Positions 28,135 to 40,908 of a stretch of 64,000 nucleotides of DNA are shown here, piece by piece. A model generated the notes under the pieces. That model had not been told where the DNA came from. It made no database searches and saw only the letters and a list, made by a program, of their open reading frames with translations. This stretch comes from Eledone cirrhosa (lineage: Eukaryota), in contig OZ024752.1 of NCBI GenBank assembly GCA_964016885.1, positions 44,330,001 to 44,394,000 on the forward strand, given 5' to 3'. The translations under genes were made by a program, and so were the position numbers. Each line of letters begins with the position of its first letter. The stretch's first letter is position 1.

Positions 28135-28428
28135 CATCATTCATCATCATCATTTCATTTTACGTCCACTTTTCCCTGCTTGTAAGGGTGGGACGGGAAC
28201 TGATTAAGGCTTGATTTCTACAGCTGGATGCCCTTCCTAACACCAACCTCATTTACAGTGAGTGCTGGGTGCTTTTTATTGCCGTGGCACCTCCACGACC
28301 ACTTTGCAGTGAAATGATATGGACCCCAGTCCCTATCATCTCATTTCTACAGCTGAGTAAACTGGAGCAATGTGAAATAAAGTGTCTTGCTCAAGGAAAC
28401 AACACATCACCCGGTCTGAGAATTGAAT
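28135..28428 (-). mobile_element. SINE ((CAT)n-tail family body plus tRNA-like head)
   Basis: catcat...tttacgtccacttttcc...tttctacagctggatgcccttcctaacaccaacc...ctggagcaatgtgaaataaagtgtcttgctcaagga. Confidence 0.7.
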
Positions 28429-28607
28429 ATATATATATAAATGCATTCGTCACCACTAGAACAAAAAGATGATAATGGTCATCTAAAATACCCAGAGTAA
28501 TGAAGCTGTTTGCTTGCAAGTGAATTGAATATTATTATTATCTGATATAATACTCACAACTGCATTTACATATCTGTTATATTGGAGGGAAAAACCAAAT
28601 TCTAATT

Positions 28608-28664
<57 letters not shown>

Positions 28665-28750
28665 ATATATTTATACTTATATATATATATATTTATATAG
28701 TTCAAGGAGACAACAAACAGAGGTACATGTATTTATATATATATATATAC

Positions 28751-28817
<67 letters not shown>

Positions 28818-28818
28818 C

Positions 28819-28858
<40 letters not shown>

Positions 28859-28861
28859 GCG

Positions 28862-28904
<43 letters not shown>

Positions 28905-29709
28905 TGTTGACAATGAATATGATATTGCTGAAAACAGAATTTATTTATTTTTTCCATCAATATGTTGTCTATTTAGTATTCTTTTAATTTTTTTCCCAAT
29001 AAAATCATATCTACCAGATATTTCTCAATTCTATTGAAGACAGCCGCAGCTATTAACACTTTCAAAGCACGTATAAATGAGTTTGTGGTGGAATATAAAT
29101 GAGGAATGATTTTTAATAAATTTCTCTCCGAAATGCTGCATCTTAAGATTGCAGTTCTTTAGTAGTTGTCCTGCTATTGCTGCACCCTATTGCCTGAAGA
29201 GATAAGGAACCACCATTCCACCCCACCTTTATTCATGGTCCTCTCTTCCTATTACCACTTCTATCTCTTTAATAACCTCTTCATTGATAATCTCTGCTGC
29301 TTCTCTAGTAGGCCTCTTCAGAAACCATAGAAAATTAGGTTATTCTTTCACAGCAAATAACTTTTCCAACAAACATTGACTTCTTTAAAATTGATTGTTT
29401 AACTTGAACGAATTTTTTTAACCATCATTCTTTTCTTTTTCTATATTCTTTTTATCCTTTATTTATCTGAAAGATTTTTTTTTTTTTTAATTTTATTCTG
29501 GTTATAAAAGTTTGAAACAACAATCCTGCATTTGTCAGATTATTTCACTCAACTTGAGAGAAACTTTATTCTAATAACATAATTTTTACTATAAACATCA
29601 TCATCATATTTATCAAGTTGATATTGTCTAAGATTATTTGGTCACTTCTATCTTCCTCCACCACCCCCACCTCTTCCTCCTCCTCAGTTGAAGTCTTGCT
29701 ACATTATTC

Positions 29710-29862
29710 CAGTGGACTGGCAGTAATCAGTAGAGTGCCATACAACATGCTTTGTGGCATGCAGTTACGTCCCTTTACGTTCTGGGTTCAAATCCCGCTG
29801 AAGTTAACTTTGCCTTTCATCCATACAGGGTGGATAAAATAAAGTACCAGTAATACACTGCG
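29710..29862 (+). mobile_element. tRNA-derived SINE
   Basis: gggttcaaatcccgctgaagttaactttgcctttcatcc...gataaaataaagtaccagtaatacactg, as at 20050. Confidence 0.85.
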
Positions 29863-30448
29863 GTTTCAAAAGGGAGTTTCAAACATCAAAGTTGGGGATT
29901 AAAAATTTATAAAATAAAGTGAAAATTGAATATTTAATGAGATGTCAAAGGTGAGTGTGCCCTGAAATTAATTAAGATGTCAGTTTTGTAATTATATTCC
30001 TGGAATAAAGGGTTTGAAGGAATGATCAGGTTTGCTGAATCAGATATTGTATAGGGAATAGCTTCACTTGCAACTAACACATTTCATTGAACATTGTTTA
30101 AGGGTTGAATATCAAGGATGGCTTCATGACAAACATACATTGTAAGACAGGAAGGGAAGGTTGAAAGGGAAAACATCTTGATTAAAACTTATTTCCTTTC
30201 TTTTAACCCCCCCCCCCCCCCCCAGTACCCCTTAACTCTTTCACTAAACCTTGTCTCTGTTTCTCAGACACCCCCTCTTCTCTCTTTCATCCTACCCCCT
30301 CTCTGTCTCTGACACCCCCCTCTCCCCCAGAATAACAATTAAGAACTTTCCAAACATATTCCATGTCTATAATTACTGTCTATATATACAATTTATATAT
30401 ATAGTAATATATTCTATATATTCTGTCAATATATACAGTCTATATACA

Positions 30449-30489
<41 letters not shown>

Positions 30490-30631
30490 CAAAAGGGATA
30501 TTTAATTTGTTGGTAATTCAACAAATATATATGTATATATGTTTATAACTGATTCGATATAATATTGTATATATATATATACCTTGATTAAATCTTAACC
30601 ATTTAACATCTCAGGGTATGTCATGTATCAT

Positions 30632-30684
30632 ATTTTGTCTGATGAGGACGTACTGTTGTACCTCCGAAATATGTATAATAAAAT
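30632..30684 (+). ncRNA. Minimal type I hammerhead ribozyme with intact core, inside a 150-bp (TA)n-flanked insert (30580-30730)
   Basis: Stem I AUUUUGU (30632-38) pairs with AUAAAAU (30678-84). CUGAUGA at 30639-45. Stem II GGACGUAC-uguu-GUACCUCC (7 of 8 pairs). GAAA at 30666-69. Minimal stem III U-augu-A, then UA. Predicted cleavage after A30677. AATAAA overlaps the 3' strand of stem I. Confidence 0.85.
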
Positions 30685-30724
30685 GTAATTGATCAAAAGA
30701 ACATCTATTTTATTAATACTTATA

Positions 30725-30775
<51 letters not shown>

Positions 30776-31372
30776 CACCCTTGCAAGCGGGGAAAAGCGG
30801 GCGTAAAATGATGATGATGATGACAAAGTATCGATATATTCCATGTCTATATATACAGTTTATATATTCTACATCAATATATTTCTCTCTATACACCAGG
30901 TATACTTTACATATAGTCTTTTCTTTTGTCTCCCTCTCTCTCTCCTCTCTCCCCCCTCTCCCTCCCCCTCTCTCTCCTCTCTCTCCCCCTCCCTCTCCCT
31001 CCCTCTCTCTCCTCTCTCTTTGCTTTATTTAAGTTTTCAAGAGAGATTGAATAAGCCAACAGATTAAGCAGTTGAAGTCAGTCGCCCCAAGGGATAATAT
31101 TTTCCTTAGCTAATCTTGTGTACAGTTAGCAGACATTGACAGTTTGTCAATACAACCGATTGCTGCTTGCTGTGTCATGAAAAGCTGAGTGTTTCTATAA
31201 CTGAGTTAATCATTTGCTCCTATCAAATATGTTATCAGTATTTCACTTGCTGCTATGAAAAGTCATCATTTTCTCCTTCCATCTCACAGATGTCTTTTGA
31301 TGTTGGCCAACTTGGAATATTATTTCCTAAATTTCTCCATATAAATAAACGTCTTACCAAAATTAAACAGAT

Positions 31373-31375
31373 GAT

Positions 31376-31411
<36 letters not shown>

Positions 31412-32157
31412 GCCACCGCCGCCACCACCACCACTGCCATCATCATCATCGTCACCATCACCACCACCACTGTCATCATCTTCGTCGTCACCACCACCAC
31501 CACCACTGTCATCATCATCGTCACCATCACCACCACCACCACTGTCATCATCATCGTCACCATTACCACCACCACCACCATCATCACCACCACCACCACC
31601 ACCACTGTCATCATCATCATCGTCACCATCACCACCACCACCACCACTGTCATCATCATCACCATCGTCACCATCACCACCACCACCACTGTCATCATCA
31701 TCATCGTCACCATCACCACCACCACCACCACCATCATCACCACCACCATCACCACCACCACCACTGTCATCATCATCGTCACCATTACCACCATCATCAC
31801 CACCACCACCACCACCACTGTCATCATCATCATCGTCACCATCGTCACCACCACCACCACTGTCACCATCGTCACCACCACCACCACCACCACCACTGTC
31901 ATCATCATCATCGTCACCATCACCACCACCACCACCACTGTCATCATCATCACCATCGTCACCACCACCACCACCGTCACCATCGTCACCACCACCACCA
32001 CCACCACTGTCACCACCACCACCACCACCACCACTGTCACCATCGTCACCATCACCACCACCACCACCACTGTCATCATCATCACCATCGTCACCATCGT
32101 CACCACCACCACCACTGTCACCATCGTCACCACCACCACCACCATCATCATTGTCAT
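31373..32157. repeat. (CAT/CAC)n trinucleotide compound microsatellite
   Basis: Directly visible. It gives the poly-S/P pseudo-ORF. Confidence 0.95.
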
Positions 32158-32176
32158 CTACAAGAAATTTAATTCA

Positions 32177-32368
32177 TTAACCCTTTACTGTTTATATTCC
32201 TCTATATTTACTGTTGTATTTTCATGATAAAGGCTTTATTTCACAGAATATTGAAGATATTTTGATATTATTTATTTTGTGAACAATACCTTAACATAAG
32301 TATGAGTGGCCGATAAGAGGTGAGAGAATTATGGCCAGATATGGCTGGTTTTAATGCTAAGGGGTTAA
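32177..32368 (-). mobile_element. piggyBac-type MITE
   Basis: TTAA|ccctttac ... aatgctaagggg|TTAA. The body is the reverse complement of the 12368 family. Confidence 0.8.
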
Positions 32369-32645
32369 GCAACAAATCTTACTAAATCTGAACCTAAAAG
32401 GTTGTGAAATAAACTCTTTAACCACATGTCCCTTACCTGTACCTATCGTAACTTCACAGCCTATCTTGCACCTGTATACAGGAACAATATGACATTATAT
32501 ACTAACGTGAGATAAGAACCTACCTTGTATCTTGTCCTGATAGTTGTAGGGGTGCCATATTGACATATCGTGAACAGAGAACAGACATCCAAAATGAATA
32601 TTGCAAAGCATTCTCTTCAACGTTCTAATGACTGCTAATTCGCTG

Positions 32646-32726
<81 letters not shown>

Positions 32727-33600
32727 TCTTCAAACTTGGTAGTACTTATAGTGTCTTCATTTATATTAACATTTTAGTCATCATCATCATCATCATTTTA
32801 ACGGCTGACTTCCATGCCAGCAAGGGTTTTGTCATTAATTTGTAACCACTCACACACACGCACACACACACACTCTCTCTCTCTCTTTTTCTCTCTCTCT
32901 TGGTGAAATTACTTCCTATTTAGTGAAGATAACTTTGATTTCCAAATGACTCTCCTTTCAATTAATAGTTATAAAAACTGGTGAATATTTATAATGTTTC
33001 GAACTGTTCCAGTCATTTATTTCCAATCCATATTTAGATTTATTGAACTCTGAAAATGAAACATTTCAAACATTTCTGCCCATGTTTCTCACCTTAAAAA
33101 AAATTGTTTTTTTCCTTCTTCTTTGAACTGATCTGCAAATAAATCATTTGTTTTCTTCACATGTTTGAAAGATATTGAATGGAGAGAAGGAGATAAAGAA
33201 ATGTCTTCGTCTTCTGTTATATTTAATTAATCAGAAGAACGTTCTATTTACAACTTATTTTCTTGTTCATGTCATTAATATGTTCACCATCACCACCTTC
33301 ATCATCACCATCACCATCACCATCATCACTATTTTCCACCACCACCACCATCACCACCACCACCACCACTACTCTCCTCCTCTCCACCAACACCACCACT
33401 ACCACTCCCCACCACCACCACCACCTCTGACATCTCCAGTAATTATGTGATGTGCCATTTATCTATTAAGTCTCTTACAAGTTTCAATGTTGTAATAACT
33501 GAAGCAACTACAACTTTCACACAAATGAAAACTATGCCAGTTTTTGGGGTTTTTTTTTGTTAAAATTAACGATTTTATTTAACATTTTTTTTCTTTTTTT

Positions 33601-33647
<47 letters not shown>

Positions 33648-33820
33648 GTATATGGCTGTCTTCAGCCTCAGTAATTCTGGAAACATATCTTCACAAATAT
33701 TTCACCCAGTTTTACTAGTTAAATCATCCCCCAATCTTCCCCCTTTGTTCTACAACACAACATTTCAATGTAATTTGTCAATTAAGTGGTTTTCTAAAAA
33801 GCCAGTAACATTTTCTCCTG

Positions 33821-33855
<35 letters not shown>

Positions 33856-34293
33856 CATTTAGCACCATTAAACAGATGCTTAGACATTTTTTCATCTTTG
33901 TATTTTTTCCCTTTACTTATAGAATATTTCTAAAAGCAGCAAAGTGAATATTTTATCATTTGATTAACCTTCAAGCAGTTTTATATCCTCATATATTATT
34001 AAAGTGGTGTCGGTTAAAACATTAGTAATTATAATAGAGAGAGAGAGAGAGAGACTAGACTTTATAATTTACAGTTAATTTACAGTTAATAATTGTAGAA
34101 CTTCTGAAAAAGTTAAGCATTGATATAATTATTTCTATTGTGTGTGTGTGTGTGCGTGCGTGTGCATGTGTGTAACTACAGTTACAGGCGGTGTGTTATT
34201 TGCAGCACTCAAGGCTGTTATGAAGTCCATCTCATGTTGGGTTGTATTCCAGAGTTAAGGCAGCTGTAGTGTGCAATATATATATATATATAT

Positions 34294-34494
34294 GAACAAG
34301 TAAGACCCTGACGGCTGAGCTCAAGCCGTTTCGACGGCTAATTCTGTACTGAATTGCGTACAGAATTAGCCGTCGAAACGGTTTGAGCTCAGCCGTCGGG
34401 GTCTTACTTGTTCCTATTACCCACTCTACTACCCTAAGTATTGAGTACTTTGGTGCGTTATGGTCCACCTGGTTCCTTACCACATTTCCTTCAT
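34294..34494 (+). mobile_element. Fold-back plus tail element in (TA)n, family A
   Basis: 56-bp arms at 34294-34349 and 34358-34413 (2 mismatches), an 8-nt loop and an 81-bp tail homologous to the 9271 copy. (TA)n on both sides. Confidence 0.8.
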
Positions 34495-34519
34495 TATATA
34501 TATATATATATGTGCTTAG

Positions 34520-34684
34520 TCCATTCTGTAAAGTGGTCGTGTATGTGTCACAAACAAAAGCACCCAGTACACACTGTAAATGTGGTTGGCATTAGGAGGG
34601 ACATCCAGCCGTAGAAACCAAACCAAACAGTCATCTGACCTAGATTGCCTCACTCATGTTTTGCAAGGAAAATGGATGTTAAAC
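34520..34684 (+). mobile_element. SINE 3' body, (ATG)n-tail family
   Basis: agcacccagtacacactgtaaa...ggcattaggagggacatccagccgtagaaacc...ggaaaatggatgttaaac. Confidence 0.75.
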
Positions 34685-34804
34685 AGGGGGGGGGGGTGTA
34701 TATAATAATCCTTATTATAAAAGAGAAGCTGTTTCTCTGTCTGTCACAACATATATGTAGGAGGGAGAAAAGAGAGTGTGTGAACGAAGGGTGGATGACA
34801 TATG

Positions 34805-34847
<43 letters not shown>

Positions 34848-35419
34848 CATTCATATATACACATATGTATTTATAAATACATATGTGTGTATGTATATAT
34901 ATATATATATATATAGTTTTCTCCTTTGTGAAAATAATTTCTAGATAAATATATTATGAAAATCCATCTTCTTATTCTCCAGCAAAATTCACTTCATTGA
35001 GTCATTGTATATTTTCCCACATTTTATATTTATTTATTTTACATATGTAATAAGCAGTTTCTCTACTCTAAGCTCTCTGAATGATTGCTGGAAGTGGCAT
35101 AAAAATTCTGTTACTATGGTGACAGAATCCATTCTAAATGAGCAGGGACTGGAATAAATGATAGAATAATTTCTTCATTTCAAGTTGACTAGATATTTCT
35201 TGCAATCTTTAATAGTAATAATTGTTTCTACTTTTGGCACAAGGCCAGCAATCGCCCAGTGTATTACTGGTAGTAATAATAATAATTATTATTGTGTACA
35301 GTGCTTGGGTGCACTACAACTCATCAAAGGTGCTTGTATAGTACATAGAATAATGTACAACTGTCAGGAAAGTGAACAGTCTATAGTATATGGGTGTTCT
35401 CTTTCTCTTAAGACTAACA

Positions 35420-35605
35420 AAGAATAAATAGTAGGGATTTATTAAAATTATTAATTATTTCATTACTAAGATAGTAACTTAATGTAAGGTTTTTATATAA
35501 AATTACGTTGGAAGATTTTAATTTAAATTGGAAAACTTTAAAATGGGTGATTTTATTTCATGGGCCCAGAGCTGGTTTAGGGAGATTTTGTAACTAAAGG
35601 GTTAA
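35420..35605 (+). mobile_element. Second TTAA-type MITE family, right part
   Basis: Homologous to 41852-42110 and ends taactaaaggg|TTAA. Confidence 0.6.
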
Positions 35606-36379
35606 AGTCTTCATAAAAATCTTGTGATATAAATGATAAAATGAAGTTGGTGAAAATTGGCATAATGTACCCCAAAAAATAGAATTTTAAATATTTTTTA
35701 CTGACCCTAACCCTAAAAAATTTTGATTATTTTGAAAATTTATTGACACAAATTAGATTAAACTAACAAACTACCAAGTAGCTTGACAATGTTAGTAGAA
35801 GACTATGTTAGTAGGAGACAACATTAGTAGAAACCCCTGTTTTTCAACTATAGGGCTGCTTAAACCTTTTGATATTAACCTCTCTAAGATTTCCTCTGGT
35901 AATTTAAATTAAAATCTTAATCAAAATCTCATTATAGCAGAACTGATATCACGAGATTTCAGTTTGTCAAGATTAATATAATAGCAGATACTTTACTAAG
36001 TCCTTCAGAATGTTGATTATATTGAACATTAATTGAAAGAGAGAGGCAGGCTACTCATTAGAAATTTAGTTAAAACAGAGTTAAAGTGCCTAGGAGTGGT
36101 GCAGGATTGCCAAATTTACAAGAATCTCTGATCAAATAGAAATTAACTCCTAAAACACGTAAAAGAAAATTAATTCATTCTCAAATTAAAATAAATGATT
36201 TGAGGATATTATTATTTAAAATAGATTTTTCTTTTTAAAAGAATTGTCAGATTTGATTGAAGCTGATAATTTTGTTAATTTCCTGATCATTACCAATTAG
36301 ATTACATATTGCTTAATGGATTTAGTTTTGGAAACATATGGTTGCAGAATATTGGAGAAACTATTTGGTTCCTGTGTTC

Positions 36380-36530
36380 TGTCTTGCCTTACATTGTGTC
36401 TTGCCTTACATTGGGCCTTGCCTTACATTGTGTCTTGCTTTACATTGTGTCTTGCCTTACATTATATCGTGCCTTACATTGGGTCTTGTCTTACATTGTG
36501 TCTTGCCTTACATTGGGTCTTGTCTTACAT
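36380..36530. repeat. 17-bp minisatellite
   Basis: Unit gtcttgccttacattgt/gg. Confidence 0.9.
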
Positions 36531-36609
36531 AAAAATTCAATAGTTGAACAAAAGAAAGAAACCATGTAAGACTATAAGAAGTTGCATAGGAATAACTGAT
36601 GTTATAATA

Positions 36610-36995
36610 TCATCATCATTATCAACACCACCATTTAACATCTGTTTTCCCTACTAGCAAGGGTTGGATGGGTCAATTCAGACAAAGTCAGTACTTAACT
36701 GAAGCTACTTACCTCTTAGATGAACCAGAGTCTCTCACTTACATATATTGTCACACTCCACTGAGCGTTGAGTTGAGCTGGGATCTCACATCTCACTCAC
36801 ATATATTCTCACACCAGAATTAGGGAGGTTGTCCTGGCTTTGATGTAGCTGAAGGGTCCTCCCAACCCTTTGTTTGGCAGGTTTTCTATAACAGTATGCC
36901 CTTCCTATAAGCAATCACTTTACAGAGTGTACTGGGTGGATTTATTACGTATATCACCAACACTAAGGAAGTTGTTGTCTTTGACACAACTGAAG
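36610..36995 (-). mobile_element. SINE copy, (CAT)n-tail family
   Basis: Homologous to 21675-22035. Confidence 0.7.
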
Positions 36996-37559
36996 AGTCC
37001 ATGATTTAAATCTATGAATAATTACTATTGTTTTTATTTCAATAAAAATTACCTTTGCTAATTAACTTATCCTTGTTTCACTTTCACTAAATAGTTAGTC
37101 AGAATTCTTCTTACCTTCCACATTATATCCTCTTCTATTTTATATTTACTATCTAAGCATATCATCTGCTAATTTCTTCCTCTAAAAATTTAATCAAATT
37201 TCTCAAATTAGAAGTAAATTCCACAGTAAATTTTGTGTGAAAAAAGAATTACCATTTTCTAATTTGATTCTTTATTTATCTTATTTTTAGGTAAGTGATA
37301 TCTTGAAAATGTCTTTGGTGAGTCTATACTTATTTTTCTTTGTTTATTTGATCCTCTTGGCAGGGTTTCTATTAAAAAGGATATTGACGGGATAATTAAC
37401 AAAAAAAAAACTTGACAGCTAACAAATATCTTGACAATTCTTAGTTCTAGAGTTTTAAGAGATTTAACATAATTTAGCTTTAGTCACAGTAGGGGAACAA
37501 TAAAGGAATATAATAGAATTTCTAGTAGTGGTAATGTCTACCAACATATCAGACCAATG

Positions 37560-37731
37560 TAAATATTTCAGCTAAACATAAACTGGCTATAACTGGTTGC
37601 TCATACTGATGTTAAATTATTGTTCTCAAAATGAATATCAAAATCTCATAGATTCGATATTATGTGAAGTAAAGCTGTTATCATGAAAATATAATAGTAA
37701 ATATAGAGTAATGTAAATGTTAAAGGGTTAA
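37560..37731 (+). mobile_element. piggyBac-type MITE copy
   Basis: Body matches the 12368 family and ends taaatgttaaaggg|TTAA. Confidence 0.7.
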
Positions 37732-37955
37732 ACCAGTTCTCTGGTCTGAAGAGAACTTCTTTCCTTCCTTTCACCACTATCTGAGCCCCTTAAAAGGGCC
37801 ATGGATGTTGCTCTTTCTCTAATAAATACATAAAATCTTGTGCTTATTTGGCCTATTAAAAAGACATTGTTTGTTTTAAGGCTTCTTTTAACTAGATAGT
37901 AATATTCTGTATCTCTTCCTATGGATGTATTTATATGTATTTGTAAGAAAAACAA

Positions 37956-38115
37956 TACAGGTAAAATTCCGTTATAACGAATTTTTCAGTATAACATTTA
38001 TTCAATTCCTGGCCACACACTCGATGTGTTAGGTCAATCTCATTATAAAGAAGTTTTCGTTACAACAATTATTTTTTATACCCCATGAATTTCGTTAAAA
38101 TGGAATTTTCCTGTA
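37956..38115. mobile_element. Tc1/mariner (pogo/Tigger-like) MITE with TA target duplication
   Basis: TA|caggtaaaattccgttataacgaa ... ttcgttaaaatggaattttcctg|TA: imperfect TIRs of about 24 bp. Confidence 0.75.
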
Positions 38116-38458
38116 TTGAATATTTTAAGCATTTAAACTACTGATAATTTGTTTTCCTTCTATTGTAAATCTTTCATCATCTAAATCTTCTCCTAAAATG
38201 TCTTGGGTTTAGATAACCTCTCCCTTTATCTTCACCTGACTCATTGCTTGTTATTACACCTGTAACCCTATACAGTATAATGAGCTGCATTATAAGGTGT
38301 CCCTTCATACAATAATGTCAAGTATTATTTCTCCGTTGATTATCTTGTTTGTTGTTCGACTTCAAAGGAAAACTAAGAGGATCTAAAGACTATCAGGTTT
38401 CTACGGAAACTCTCAAAATGGAATTGTTAAGTACTGATTGGATTGCAGAATCTGTTTT

Positions 38459-38512
<54 letters not shown>

Positions 38513-38592
38513 TCATATATATATATACACACACACACACACAGACACACTCATATATACATATACACACATATACATATATACTTATGTGG

Positions 38593-38623
<31 letters not shown>

Positions 38624-38626
38624 CAT

Positions 38627-38680
<54 letters not shown>

Positions 38681-38715
38681 CTAGCTTTAAGTGTATATAT
38701 ATATATATATATATA

Positions 38716-38889
38716 TAGTTATGTAATAAACAACATATAATTATTTCATTTACCAGTGGTTTCTTGAAAGCAAAGAAACCACTGGTAAATGAAATAATTA
38801 TCTTATGTTGTTTATTACATAACTAATAAGCTCTGTAACCTACATAGAGCACTCTTTTTTCTGGACCTTTCCGACGGAATTACTTCATT

Positions 38890-38890
<1 letters not shown>
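38716..38890 (+). mobile_element. Fold-back plus tail element in (TA)n, family C
   Basis: Arms of about 50 bp at 38716-38765 and 38773-38825 (one 3-nt indel), a 7-nt loop and a 65-bp tail. (TA)n on both sides. Confidence 0.75.
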
Positions 38891-38927
<37 letters not shown>

Positions 38928-40354
38928 CACACACACATTAACTGTGTAGAATGTTTTCCAATTATGTATGTACTGTTATTTCTGCTCAGTTGTCCAGAAT
39001 TTCTAAACCAGACACAATTTATTTATTTATTCTATCTATGACTCACAGTGAGCTGTTGTTGTGGTTGTACTTCACTGTGAGTTGTTGTTGTGGTTGTACT
39101 TCACTGTGAGATGTTGTTGTGCTGTTGTTGTTGGTTTACTTTAAATAGCAGTCACCTTACAAACAACACTGACTGACTGATAACAGTGGTTGAAAACTTT
39201 CTCTCTACACATCCACCCACCGACACCCCCACCTCTTTTTCCAATTTTTTTTATATATCTAAAATAATACCCCCCCCCCCGCCGCTGCACCCTTCTGTTT
39301 CCTTCCATCAGAGAGACAGAGAGGGGCTGAGAGAAAGAGAGAGAGAGAGTTCTGTTGTAAGGTGGAATTCATGAAATTCCTAGCTAATTATTATTCCTTA
39401 TTGTTGAAAGTGGAATGTAGTTTGAGATTGTTATTACTGTAGTGATCCCTTCAGTGACACCTCCCTCTCTCACACTCCTGTAACTTGGGGGAGGAGAGAC
39501 CCTTCAAGAACTATCATCGTCATCATCGCCATCATGATCATCACAATCATCATCATCGCCACCATTGTTATCATCATCATCATTTTATTTTAAATGGTAG
39601 CATTCCTGCGACAATTAATTTTCTTTAAACATTAAAAAACATTTAACATGACAAAAAAACTACATTACTAGAAATCCCATATGTTATAAAATAGGATGGG
39701 TTGGGGTCTCAATATGTAAACCAACCGACTAATTCTGGTCTGCTTTTTTAATGGAGACAACCTAGAAAAATTACCGATTTTCCACCCTCCTGCTTGTTCC
39801 CCCTTTTTATCCGTGTATATCTAAAGTGCTGACTTATTCCTCCACATGTTAGACTTATCTAAAGTGCTGACTTATTCCTCCACATGTTAGAGACGTTTTT
39901 ATTCAGAGCTGTCTCAACTAATCAATAACAGTAATAAATTCATTCCAACAACTGACTTACTTTTTCAAAGAATTGCTAAACAAACAAACAAAAAGAAAGC
40001 TTTGATGATATTGTTAAGTTGGACATTGAGCGACAGTATTGATATTTCATAACTTTTATTTTCTTGTATTAATATTGACATGAGAACATTGTGTTGACTT
40101 TAGAGTTTTATAGTTGTTATGTTGACAGTTCTAAACAATTGGAAATTGTTCCATAATCTATAGATTGCCAGTAAAAGAAGTACATAGAATGAGGAGAGAA
40201 CTTTCTAATGGATGTCTTGACAAAGGGAAACAAATTATTTCTTTGAATAACAATGATGTTGATTTATTATCAAAGACAACATATATTGCAGACGATATCT
40301 AAATCTTCTACGATGCCATATGTTGGAAGCATTTTTTTCCTGGGATTTCTTTCA

Positions 40355-40908
40355 CACTGTAAAGTGGTTGTGTTGGTGACCTGACAAAGAGCACCCAGTC
40401 TACACTGTAAAGTGGTCGTGTAGGTGTCACAACAAAGAGCACCCAGTCTGCACTGTAAAGTGGTTGTGTTGGTGACCTGACAAAGAGCACCCAGTCTACA
40501 CTGTAAAGTGGTCGTGTAGGTGTCACAACAAAGAGCATCCAGTCTGCACTGTAAAGTGGTCATGTTGGTGTCACAACAAAGAGCACCCAGTCTACACTGT
40601 AAAGTGGTCGTGTAGGTGTCACAACAAAGAGCACCCAGTCTGCACTGTAAAGTGGTCATGTTGGTGTCACAACAAAGAGCACCCAGTCTACACTGTAAAG
40701 TGGTCGTGTAGGTGTCACAACAAAGAGCACCCAGTCTGCACTGTAAAGTGGTCATGTTGGTGTTAGGAAGGGCATCCAGCCATAGAAACCAAGCCAAAAT
40801 CGGTTCTGTATGAGCAAGACACGGTCATCTAACCTCAACTTGCCTTAGATAGGACGACCTGTCTAACCCATGCTAGTGTGGAAAATGGACGTTAAACGGT
40901 GATGATGA
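40355..40908 (+). mobile_element. SINE whose internal 48-bp segment has expanded into a tandem array of about 8.5 units
   Basis: Unit cactgtaaagtggtcgtgtaggtgtcacaacaaagagcacccagtctg repeats from 40355 to 40762. It runs directly into ttaggaagggcatccagccatagaaacc...ggaaaatggacgttaaacggtgatgatg. Confidence 0.85.

Noticed and set aside
31167-32180. 337-aa Ser/Pro-rich extensin- or formin-like ORF
   Set aside because: It is a (CAT/CAC)n microsatellite with no domain or splice support.
35705-35716. CCCTAACCCTAA telomere-like motif
   Set aside because: Only two units, which is expected by chance or within repeats.
40270-40797. 175-aa Cys-rich repeat ORF
   Set aside because: It is the antisense translation of the SINE-derived 48-bp array.
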